In this document: positions 9,910 through 19,930 of the stretch, in pieces
How the letters are laid out: the number at the start of each line of letters is the position of its first letter
Numbering within the stretch: the stretch's first letter is position 1
DNA from: Squalus acanthias
Lineage: Eukaryota
Length of the DNA stretch: 42,146 bases
NCBI GenBank assembly: GCA_030390025.1
Contig: JASTWF010000329.1
Location: 496,001-538,146, forward strand
Direction: 5' to 3'
The notes under the pieces: generated by a model
What the model was told of the DNA's origin: nothing
Database searches by the model: none
The model's input: the letters and a program-made list of their open reading frames with translations, nothing else
Position numbers and translations under genes: made by a program

Positions 9910-10328
9910 ATATACTCTCCGGAGTTTAGAAGAATGAGAGGTGATCTCATTGAAACATACAAGATTCTGAAGGGGATTGACAGGGTAGATGCTGAGAGGT
10001 TGTTTCCCCTGGCTGGAGTGTCTAGAAGTAGGGGACATAGTCTCAGGATAAGGGGTCGGCCATTTAAGACTGAGATGAGGAGGAATTTCTTCACTCAGAG
10101 GGTTGTGAATCTTTGGAATTCTCTGCCCCAGAGGGCTGTGAATGCTGAGTCTTTGGGTATATTCAACGCTGAGATAGATAGATTTTTGGACTCTGGGGGA
10201 ATCAAGGGATATGGAGATCGGGCGGGAAAGTGGAGTTGAGATCGATGATCAGCCATGATCTTATTGAATGGTGGAGCAGGCTCGAGGGGCCGTATGGCCC
10301 ACTCCTGCTCCTAATTCTTATGTTCTTA
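9910..10328 (+). mobile_element. CR1 LINE 3' end
   Basis: FRRMRGDLIETYKILKG...RNFFTQRVVNLWNSLP, 3'UTR and tail TTCTTATGTTCTTA. Confidence 0.9.
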
Positions 10329-11088
10329 ACCCCACAGTCACTGACACCAATCTCCTCCTGTCTGATATAAACCAACCCACATTCACTGACACCAATCTCC
10401 TCCTGTCTGATATAAACCAACCTTAGTCACTGACACCAATCTCCTCCTGTCTGATATAAACCAGCCCCACAGTCACTGACACCAATCTCCTCCTGTCTGA
10501 TATAAACCAACCCCACAGTCACTGACACCAATCTCCTCCTGTCTGATATAAACCAATCCCACAGTCACTGACACCAATCTCCTCCTGTCTGATATAAACC
10601 AACCCCACAGTCACTGACACCAATCTCCTCCTGTCTGATATAAACCAATCCCACAGTCACTGACACCAATCTCCTCCTGTCTGATATAAACCAACCCCAC
10701 AGTCACTGACACCAATCTCCTCCTGTCTGATATAAACCAGCCCCACAGTCACTGACACCAATCTCCTCCTGTCTGATATAAACCAGCCCCACAGTCATTG
10801 ACACCAATCTCCTCCTGTCTGATATAAACCAACCCCACAGTCACTGACACCAATCTCCTCCTGTCTGATATAAACCAACCTCACAGTCACTGACACCAAT
10901 CTCCTCCTGTCTGATATAAACCAACCTCACAGTCACTGACACCAATCTCCTCCTGTCTGATATAAACCAACCTCACAGTCACTGACACCAATCTCCTCCT
11001 GTCTGATATAAACCAGCCCCACAGTCACTGACACCAATCTCCTCCTGTCTGATATAAACCAGCCCCACAGTCACTGACACCAATCTCC
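10329..11088 (+). repeat. 46-bp minisatellite (~16 units)
   Basis: Unit CCCCACAGTCACTGACACCAATCTCCTCCTGTCTGATATAAACCAA; period 46 (10511 to 10557). Confidence 0.95.
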
Positions 11089-13182
11089 AGTGTATGTCAG
11101 ACTGAAGTTGTTTACAATCCTGATGAGCTTTTACGCTGTTCCTAGTTGAGTTCGAGATCTCCAATGAAACAGTCCACACACCTTAATCCCCTGAGCACAG
11201 GATTTATTTTTAACATGTAGATTCTCCAATAATACAATTCATATACTAAATGAGTGCAAAATATTCACATGGGAGATTCTACAAAGGAATACTTATTGTA
11301 ATATTCATACAATATTTTAGATATATAGCAAGACTCATAATCTAATGAGCTGTATCCATGAACTCAGACTTTGGTCATTGCCAAGCCTGGGAGGCACGAA
11401 AGGATGTTCGACTCTTTTAAAAGGCCAATTGGAATGTCATTGTCATCAATCGTTGTCACATTATCCAGAGAGCCCCCTTTTTAAAGGGGCACAAACAATC
11501 AACTCCAAATTATAATTAAATCAGATCCGAATACTGTTGCTGGTGTTGACAATTGACTCCAGTCCCTCCGGTGCCCACCGGTCACGGAAGGCCTCCAGCG
11601 TCCCGGCGGACACCGCGTGCTCCCTCTCCAGGGACAGCCCGAAGGATGTTCCACCTTGGCTGTAGCCGTCAGCTTTCTTCTTCCCGGGGTGCTCTCTGAC
11701 CTAAGCTGCAAACTGTTCCTGTATTTAAAGCCCAATCAGGTACAACCCATGTGACCTTGGTTACCTCGGCCAATCAAACCATTGAGCTGAAAGACATTTA
11801 TCAAACAAAGCATTCCATTGGATGGCTGTTTAGGGTTCATCGAGTAACCGCTTCCTGTTCATTGGAGCTACGAGGAATCTGCGAGTCAGAACAATGTCAG
11901 AGTTTGCTTTTACTGGGGCATTTCAAGAAACAAATGGCCTTCACGGTTCCGCTCAGTCCACACAGGCAGAGTTCTCAGCTCTGCTGGTTCTGTTCACACG
12001 AGGTCTGTTTCAGCTTAAAAGGGATAATTAGTGCCTGTTCTGTCTGAGGTGATTACAAGCTAATAGTTCACTAGACACGGGTCTTTAATACAAAGTCCAC
12101 TAATATTAAACATACATGTATATAAAACTAGCAAGACTTTACTTTTATGACTCTACTTCATGTTAAATCTGATCTAATAAAACCCAGCTTTCTTACCGTC
12201 CACTCCTGGAGGCCCCACTCCCTGAGCCTACAACCTTCAGCAGGGTCAGTGCTGGAGTTCCACAGCGGGAGTGATCCCAGAGTAACTGTCGGGATCGCAC
12301 CCCCGTGGATGTTCCAGGTCGTGTATTTTTAGTTATCCTGGTGTCTAACACACACACATCAATAAAACAGGGAATTCCTGGAAACACGCTGCAGATCCTT
12401 CTTTATCTGGAGATCAAATGTCTGTTGTATAATTGTACCAGCAGTTAACAGGCTCCTGTGAACTCCTCCCTCTGCTATTTTAATGCAGATTTTAACCAAT
12501 TTATTTTAAACAGTTGTAATTTAAATGGGTTAACACCTGCCTTAAAATGGTAGACACAGGACTGTCACACAAACATGTCAAATGATTACCAGTCATCTTT
12601 AGACTGGAAACTTAAACCTGCCATTTCACTTTCAGTCAGGAACAGATCGCAGTTTTACACCAATCTCTGATTTGACAGCACATTTCCAGCATTCACCGTT
12701 GTTCTTCCTGACTCTAAACACAGTTGTAAAGGAGCCTTCTGTTCCATGCCTAGGAGCTCTGAACCATGGAAGAGAGCTGCTGGGACACATTTCTTACAGG
12801 CCTCAAGATTAACTCACACGGCAACTTTGCTGTCAGTGAAGAGAGACGAGAAAGACCAAAGTGCCGTTTGCCCCTCTCAGTGTGGCCCTGAAGTACTGTG
12901 TCCAGGCTGAAGTTCTGTTCCCGCCGTACGATCCTCCCCCAGATTGTCCTTTCTGAGCTCCAGCCAGGTGATGCTAAACATCCAGGCGGGAAAGGCGAAA
13001 ATCTACATGAATGCAATGAAAACAAAGCTGATTTATTTGACAGATATCCAGAATATTAATCTCCAGTCCAGTTACAGGAGTTATTAACATCAGCAGAAAT
13101 AAACCCCAACTGTCAGAATGAACATGGTTCAGTCCTGGATGTGATTAACAGCAGCAACAACAGCAGAATCCAACCCCTACAG

Positions 13183-14025
13183 TCACTTGTGAACTCGCTG
13201 GTGTGTCAGCAAGTTGGATGAACGATTAAATCTCTTCCCACACACGGAGCAGGTGAACGGTCTCTCCCCAGTATGAACTCGCTGGTGTGCCAGAACGTCG
13301 GATGACCGCGTGAATCCCTTCCCACACACAGAGCAGGTGAACGGCCTCTCCCCAGTGTGAACTCGCTGGTGTGTCAGCAGGTTGGATGACTGAGTGAATC
13401 CCTTCCTACACACGGAGCAGGTGAACGGTCTTTCCTCAGTGTGAACACGCTGGTGTGTCAGCAGGTTGGATGAATTAATGAATCCCTTCTCACACACGGA
13501 ACAGGTGAACGGTCTCTCCCCAGTGTGAACACGCTGGTGTCTCAGCAGGTTGGATGACTGAGTGAATCCCTTCTCACACACGGAACAGGTTAATGGCCTC
13601 TCCCCAGTGTGAATGCACTGGTGTGTCAGAAGTTTGGATGGTCGATTAAATCCCTTCCCACACGTGGAGCAGGTGAACGGCCTCTCTCCAATGTGAATGC
13701 GCTGGTGTATCAGCAAGCTGGATGAATGAGTGAATCTGTTCTTACACCCGGAGCAGGTGAACGGCCTCTCCCCAGTGTGAACTCGCTGGTGTACCAGAAG
13801 GTTGGATCTCTGAGTGAATCCTTTCCCACACACAGAGCAGGTGAACGGCCTCTCCCCAGTGTGAACTCGCTGGTGGATCAGCAAGCTGGATGAATGAGTG
13901 AATCCCTTCTCACACACGGAGCAGGTAAATGGCCTCTCCCCGGTGTGACTGCGTCGATGAGTTTCCAGCTTTGATGGGTAACTGAATTCCTTCCCACAGT
14001 CCCCACATTTCCACAGTTTTTCCAT
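13183..14025 (-). CDS. Tandem C2H2 zinc-finger protein ZNF-3 (10 intact fingers, 280 aa)
   Basis: [12 protein letters not shown]... start in strong Kozak context (accATGG); 10 complete fingers; AATAAA at 13037-13032; predicted intron 15748-14370. Confidence 0.9.
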   Translation of the reverse strand: MEKLWKCGDCGKEFSYPSKLETHRRSHTGERPFTCSVCEKGFTHSSSLLIHQRVHTGERPFTCSVCGKGFTQRSNLLVHQRVHTGERPFTCSGCKNRFTHSSSLLIHQRIHIGERPFTCSTCGKGFNRPSKLLTHQCIHTGERPLTCSVCEKGFTQSSNLLRHQRVHTGERPFTCSVCEKGFINSSNLLTHQRVHTEERPFTCSVCRKGFTQSSNLLTHQRVHTGERPFTCSVCGKGFTRSSDVLAHQRVHTGERPFTCSVCGKRFNRSSNLLTHQRVHK

Positions 14026-14626
14026 GGTGCGGGATTCATTGTGACTCTCCAGGTTGGATGATCAGTTGAAGCTTTGTCCACAGACAGAACACGTGTACGG
14101 TTTCTCCCTGCTGTGAACGGTGCGATGTTTTTTCAGGCTGTGTAACAGATTAAGGCTCTTTCCACAATCAGTGCACTGGAACACTTTCACTCGGGTGTGT
14201 GTGTCTCGGTCACACTGACATTTGAAATCTTTTCCCACAGACAAACATTTCTCCTTCCACATTCAAAGGCCGATGATATTCAGGTCCTGATGAATCATGT
14301 CACTCTGTCAGATCTTGACGTGATGTTTGGTTTGAGTTTCTCGTCTGCACATCCTCCCCTTCTAATGCCCTGTAAAAGCAGTTTACAAAAGTCATCACTG
14401 TAAATACAGGACAGAAATTTGGATTTTTCTCCCTTTCTCTCCTCAAGGTGCTGTGTGATGATGGGGTTTGGCCCCAGTCACTCTTTGCCCTCCAGTACTT
14501 TGCCAAGTGGTAATTCTGAGCTTGTGGGCCGATACAGCGAGCTGCCAGCATTTCGACCATGGGGAGCAGCACAGCCACCGGCCCTGGCTGATTCTGTCTG
14601 GAAAAGCTGAGGCCAATGGTAGCACA

Positions 14627-14800
14627 GCAACTTGCATTTACATAGCGCCTATAACACAGTAAAACGTTCCAAGGTGCTTCACAAGAGCGGAATCAGGCAA
14701 AGATTGACCTTAGGGCCGAGGCAACTGAAGGCACGGCCGCCAATGGTGGAGCGGAGGAAGTGGGGGATGCTCAACAGGCCAGAATTGGAGGAATGCAGAG
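14627..14800 (-). mobile_element. L2 LINE 3' fragment with internal deletion
   Basis: CAACTTGCATTTACATAGCGCC tail and GAAGGCACGGCCGCCAATGGTGGAG...GGCCAGAATTGGAGGA, matching 18139-18440. Confidence 0.75.
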
Positions 14801-14801
14801 T

Positions 14802-15035
14802 TCATAGAATCAGAGAATGGTACAGCCCTTCAGCCCATTGTCCCAGAATGGTACAGCCCTTCAGCCCATTGTCCCAGAATGGTACGGCCCTTCGGCCCAT
14901 TGTCCCAGAATGGTACAGCCCTTCGGCCCATTGTCCCAGAGCCAGCTCTTTGAATTTAGGCCCACTCCTCTGCTTTATCCCCAAAGACCCGCAATTCCTT
15001 TCCCCAATTCAAGTCGTTCTCCAATTCCCCTTTGA
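14802..15035 (-). mobile_element. CR1 3' tail containing a 31-bp tandem repeat (4 units, 14814-14940)
   Basis: CATAGAATC tail followed by (AGAATGGTACAGCCCTTCRGCCCATTGTCCC)x4. Confidence 0.7.
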
Positions 15036-15342
15036 CAAGATTCTCTCCTCCTGGTTCCTGGCCAAGGGGGCCGCGCATGCGCCCTGCTGCCCCCTGAGCC
15101 TGTCAAGATGGCGGCCGTTAACCCGGGCCTGTCACCGGGAGAAAGCCCCGCAGCTGCCGCCCCGCTCGGGGCAAACGCCCGGCCCGGAGGCTCTTGTTCG
15201 GGGCCTGAGGCCCACCCCGGGTGTTTGTGAAGCGGATAATGTTGAGTGTTTTAATAATGGGGCCTGGGGCCTGGGGCCGCACTCGGGGTGTGTGCAGCCC
15301 GCGTCCCCCCGGGGTTTATTAACCCGCTCCCTGAGCTCTCTC

Positions 15343-15734
15343 GAATAACAACAGAAAACGCTGGAAAAACTCAGCAGGCCAGGCAGCATCCGTGGAGAGA
15401 GAAAGAGAGTTAACGTTTCAGGTCGATGACCTTTCGTCAGAACTGTGAAGAGCCGGAAATCAAATAGATTTAAGGCCAGAGTAAAGCTGGGAAAAGGGGG
15501 AGGGGATAAAAGAACAAAGGGGGAGATGAAGAGACATTAAGAGATATGCAAGGCTAGAGGTGGTGTTAATGTGACAGATTAAGGCTGAAAGAAGTGTGAA
15601 ATCCACTGGCAGAATGAAGGACAGCTGCCAGCTTCTAGGAGGAAAAAAAAAGGTGGGGGGGGGGCAAATAAAAGGGTGGAAAAAATAAAATATAAATGTG
15701 ATTGGAGCTGAGGTTATGATCTAAAATTGTTGAA
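15343..15734 (-). mobile_element. Penelope-like 3' fragment with intact minimal hammerhead core and 12-bp TSD
   Basis: CTGAGCTCTCTC duplicated at 15331-15342 and 15735-15746; the empty site is visible in the paralogous sequence at ~5851-5863; both ends match the copy at 24184-24567. Confidence 0.85.
15408..15445 (-). ncRNA. Putative minimal type I hammerhead ribozyme (PLE type)
   Basis: Minus strand AGUU-CUGACGA-A-AGGUC(AUC)GACCU-GAAAC-GUU-AACU: stem I AGUU/AACU, stem II AGGUC/GACCU, palindromic AACGUU replacing stem III. Activity untested. Confidence 0.65.
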
Positions 15735-15748
15735 CTGAGCTCTCTCAC

Positions 15749-15980
15749 CTGATGTGTCAGCGGCTGCTGCCAAGGTCCGCGCATGCTCAGCTCACCTTGC
15801 CCGGGTGATTGACGGTGCTCCGGACCAATAGGAAGAGCGGGGCGGGGCTGGAGGACCGAGCAGGCGGCGGGTCCTCCAACCAATCGGAGTGTGTGAGGGG
15901 CGGGGCTTCAACTTTAACCCTGAACAACAGAAGGTGAGCTGAGCATGCGCGGACCTTGGCAGCAGCCGCTGACACATCAG
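15749..15980. promoter_or_regulatory. Bidirectional promoter with inverted exon-1 copies for ZNF-3 (-) and ZNF-4 (+)
   Basis: Perfect inverted repeat 15735-15798 / 15931-15994, each arm with GCATGCGCG and a CAG|GTGAGA donor; the spacer has two CCAAT and two GGGGCGGGGC boxes. Confidence 0.7.
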
Positions 15981-16159
15981 GTGAGAGAGCTCAGGGAGCG
16001 GGTTAATAAACCCCGGGGGGACGCGGGCTGCACACACCCCGAGTGCGGCCCCAGGCCCCATTATTAAAACACTCAACATTATCCGCCCGCCGCTTCCCGG
16101 TTTCTCCCGATTTGCTCAGCAAAGGGGACCCGCGCCAAACTCCGGGACAGACAGGAAGT

Positions 16160-16790
16160 CAGGGAGCGTCTGGAAATGGAGGAGAAATGGAGACTGGTCA
16201 GGGAGCGTCTGTAAATGGAGGAGAAATGGTGACAGGTCAGGGAGCGTCTGTAAATGGAGGAGAAATGTAGACTGGTCAGGGAGCGTCTGTAAATGGAGGA
16301 GAAAGGAGACTGGTCAGGGAGCGTCTGTAAATGGAGGAGAAATGGAGACTGGTCAGGGAGCGTCTGTAAATGGAGGAGAAATGGTGACTGGTCAGGGAGC
16401 CTCTGTAAATGGAGGAGAAATGGTGACTGGTCAGGGAGCGTCTGTAAATGGAGGAGAAATGGGGACTGGTCAGGGAGCGTCTGTAAATGGAGGAGAAATT
16501 GTGACTGGTCAGGGAGCGTCTGTAAATGGAGGAGAAATGGTGACTGGTCAGGGAGCGTCTGGAAATGGAGGAGAAATGGTGACTGGTCAGGGAGCGTCTG
16601 GAAATGGAGGAGAAATGGTGACTGGTCAGGGAGCGTCTGTAAATGGAGGAGAAATGGTGACTGGTGAGGGAGCGTCTGTAAATGGAGGAGAAATGGTGAC
16701 TGGTCAGGGAGCGTCTGTAAATGGAGGAGAAATGGTGACTGTTCAGGGAGCGTCTGGAAATGGAGGAAAAATTGTGACTGTTCAGGGAGT
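16160..16790 (+). repeat. 39-bp minisatellite (~16 units) in ZNF-4 intron 1
   Basis: Unit GGTCAGGGAGCGTCTGTAAATGGAGGAGAAATGGTGACT, between donor 15981 and acceptor 17068. Confidence 0.95.
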
Positions 16791-17167
16791 TTTTGTATAC
16801 ATAAGAGTCAATGAATGGAACTGGCCTACAAACTGAGTCAGCGCTTTAAGGAGAGGAAGAGAGAAAATCTGGAGAGGAGAAAAGAAATAGTAGGAGAGTG
16901 AGCGATGAATCTCGAACAATGACCAGAGAGCGGGAGGAGTGTGGCGGATGGGGGATTTACAGCTTTGGGGGAACGAAAAGAGAAAGAATGTTCCTTAGCA
17001 ACTAAATTGTCTGTTCTGAATATCTACCTTGTATTTACAGTGATGACTTTTGTAAACTCCTTTTACAGGGTGTTAGAAGGGCAGGATTTGCAGACAGCAA
17101 ACTCAAACCAAACATCTCGTCACGATCTTACAGAATCACTTAATTCGTATATGATTCACCTCTGATT

Positions 17168-18092
17168 ATGGAAGGAGAAATATTTGTCTGTTCTGTCTGT
17201 GGCAAAAGATTTAAATCATCATTGAGGCTGGAAAAGCACCGAGACACACACACCCAAGTGTTCCAGTGCACTGACTGTGGAAAGAGCTTTAACCAGTTAG
17301 ACAGCCTGAAAAAGCATCACGTCATTCACAGCGGGGAGAAACCGTATACGTGTTCTGAGTGTGGACGAAGCTTCAACCGATCATCCAATCTGTTGAGACA
17401 CAAGGACACCCACAGTAGGGAGAAACGGTATAAATGTGGGGACTGTGGGAAGGGATTTGCTTCCCCATCAGAACTGGAATCTCATCGGCGTAGTCACACC
17501 GGGGAGAGGCCGTTCACCTGCTCTGTGTGTGGGAAGGGATTCATGACATCATCCAGTCTTCAGAAACATCAGCGTAGTCATACTGGAGAGAGACCGTTGA
17601 CCTGCTCTGTGTGTGGGAAGGGATTCAGTCTCTCCTCCACCCTACTGAAACACCAGCGAGTTCACACCAGGGAGAGGCCATTCACCTGCTCCGTGTGTGG
17701 GAAGGGATTCACTCTGTCAAGGCAACCTTCTCATACATGAGCGAGTTCACACTGGGGAGAGGCCGTTCATTTGCCCAGTGTGTGGGAAGGGATTCACTAC
17801 TTCATCCAACCTTCTAACACACCAACGTATTCACACTGATAACCGACCTTTTAAATGTTCTGATTGTGAGAAGGGCTTTAAAAGCAAACAGGAACTGGTG
17901 ACACACCAACGCACTCACACCGGGGAGAAGCCGTTCACCTGCACTGAATGTGGGAAGAGATTCGCTGCATTATCCCAACTTCTAACACACCAGCGAGCTC
18001 ATACAGGAGAGAGGCCGTTCACCTGCTCCGTGTGTGGGAAGAGATTCACTCGCTCGTCCAACCTGCGGAAACACCAGCGAGTTCACATATGA
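17168..18092 (+). pseudogene. C2H2 zinc-finger gene ZNF-4 (11 fingers) with a +1 frameshift near 17720
   Basis: ORF 17168-17740 (6 fingers) continues in another frame to 18092; span 925 = 3n+1; ACTCTGTCAAGGCAAC has one extra base. May be a truncated 190-aa gene or a sequencing error. Confidence 0.7.
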
Positions 18093-18138
18093 TTTCAGGG
18101 GTTGGATTCCGCTGTTATTGCTGCTGTTAATCACATCC

Positions 18139-18747
18139 AACAACAACAACTTGCATTTATATAGTGCCTTTAACATAGGACAATGTCCCAAGGCACTGCA
18201 CAGGAGCGTGATCAAACAGAGTTTGACACAGAGCCACTGAAGGAGTTATTAGGACAGATGACCAAAAGCTCGGTCAAAGAGGTAGGTTTTAAAGAGCGTC
18301 TTAAAGGAGGAGAGAGAGGTACAGAGTCGGAGAGGATTAGGGAGGGAATTCCAGAGCTTAGGGCCCAGGCAGCTGAAGGCACGGCCGCCAATGGTGGAGA
18401 GATTCATATCAGGGATGCACAAGAGGCCAGAATTGGAGGAGCGCAGATACCTCGGGATTGTAGGGCTGGAGGAGGTTACAGAGATAGGGAGGGACGAGGC
18501 TATGGAGGGATTTGAAAACATGGATGAGAATTTTAGAATCGAGGTGTTGCTGGACCAGGAGCCAATGTAGGTCAGCGGGCACAGGGCTGATCGGTGAGTG
18601 GGACTTGGTGCGAGTTAGGACACGGGCAGCAGAGTTTTGGATGAGCTCAAGTTTACGGAGGGTGCAGTGTGGGAGGCCGGCCAGGAGAGCGTTGGAATAG
18701 TCGAGTCTCGAGGTAACTGAGGCACGGAAGAGGGTTTCAGCATCGGA
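18139..18747 (-). mobile_element. L2 LINE 3' end inserted in the ZNF-4 3'UTR
   Basis: Minus ORF LRSSNSGLLCIP...GGRAFSCLGPKLWNSLP...FKTLFKTYLFDRAF (L2 C-terminus) and (GTT)n tail; the ZNF 3'UTR resumes at ~18748 with AATAAA at 18834-18839. Confidence 0.9.
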
Positions 18748-19269
18748 TGTTTATTCTGGCAGTTGGGGTTTGTTTCTGCTGATGTTAATAACGTCTATCA
18801 TTTACTGGAGTTTAATATTCTAGATATGTGAAAAATAAATCAGCTTTCTTTCAAACACTGTGTCAACTGCTTGATGTCTTCAAGGTAAGAGACTAATTGG
18901 TGTCCCAGTTACTGATAATTTGTGCTTTTGCTCCTCTCTAACTCGAGATTATTTCAGTTCTCAGGCCTGTGGTTACTCTTATGGACAAGTCCCAGCTCCC
19001 CATACCTTCCAGAGTGCCTCTCCTAGCCTTGGTATCCAGGGAAGGTATTGGTAACATGCCCGGGATCACTAAACACAAAACCCAGTCTGTTAATCACTTT
19101 CAGCTACTGGACTTAGCGTGTGCCCCACAGCATCTCACTCACCTTCGATGTGTGAATAGAGCATCACGCCTGCAAACCTGCTTTAAATTTAAATCCACTC
19201 AGCAAATTAAACAAAAGACAAACAAGTAAACACATCACGGCCCAATAATCCAGCTCTATATTCACAGGA

Positions 19270-19895
19270 GAAAGTCTGTTATCTAACTCCTTGAGTGGAT
19301 GGAATAAAGAAAGATCCTAAATGTAAGGGCCCCTCGAATCCATTGTAAATAGTTTCCAAATCCTGACAGTAATCAAGAAGTCTAATGGACTGTCGGCCTT
19401 TATCTCCAGGGGGTTGGAATACAGAAGCGATGCTCCAGTTGTACAGAGCCTTGGTCAGACCCATCTGGAGAACTGGGCGCTGAACCTCAGGAAAGATACG
19501 TTGGCCTTGGAAAAGGTACAGCGCAGGTTCAGCGGAGTGATACTGGCTGAGGGAGAGAAAGCAGAGAGAGGTGGTGAACGGTGTGTGGAAGAATGAGAGG
19601 CAACATGAAGTAGATGGTACAATTTTAAATAGAGTGCAGGAACAGAGAGACCTGGGAGTGCATGTACACAAATCTTTGAAGGTAGCAGCACAAGGTGAGA
19701 AGGCTGTTAAAAGAGCGTATGGGATCCTTGGCTTTATTAATAGAGGAATAGAGTGCAAAAGCAAGGAAGTTAGGCTAAACCTTTATAGAACATTTGTTAG
19801 GCCTCAGCTGGAGTATTGTGTACAATTCTGAGCACCACACTTTAGGAAGGATGTTGAGGCCTTTGACAGGGTGCAGGAGAGATTTACTGGAACGG
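19270..19895 (+). mobile_element. Two adjacent CR1 ORF2 C-terminal fragments
   Basis: LRKDTLALEKVQRRF, then EQRDLGVHVHKSLK...VRPQLEYCVQF. Confidence 0.8.
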
Positions 19896-19930
19896 TACCT
19901 TTACAGACGCTCCCTGACCAGTCACCATTT

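Noticed and set aside
14632..15348. 238-aa ORF sharing a peptide with ORF 5872-6222
   Set aside because: Chimera of L2, CR1 tail and a GC-rich intron module; the identity reflects DNA duplication.
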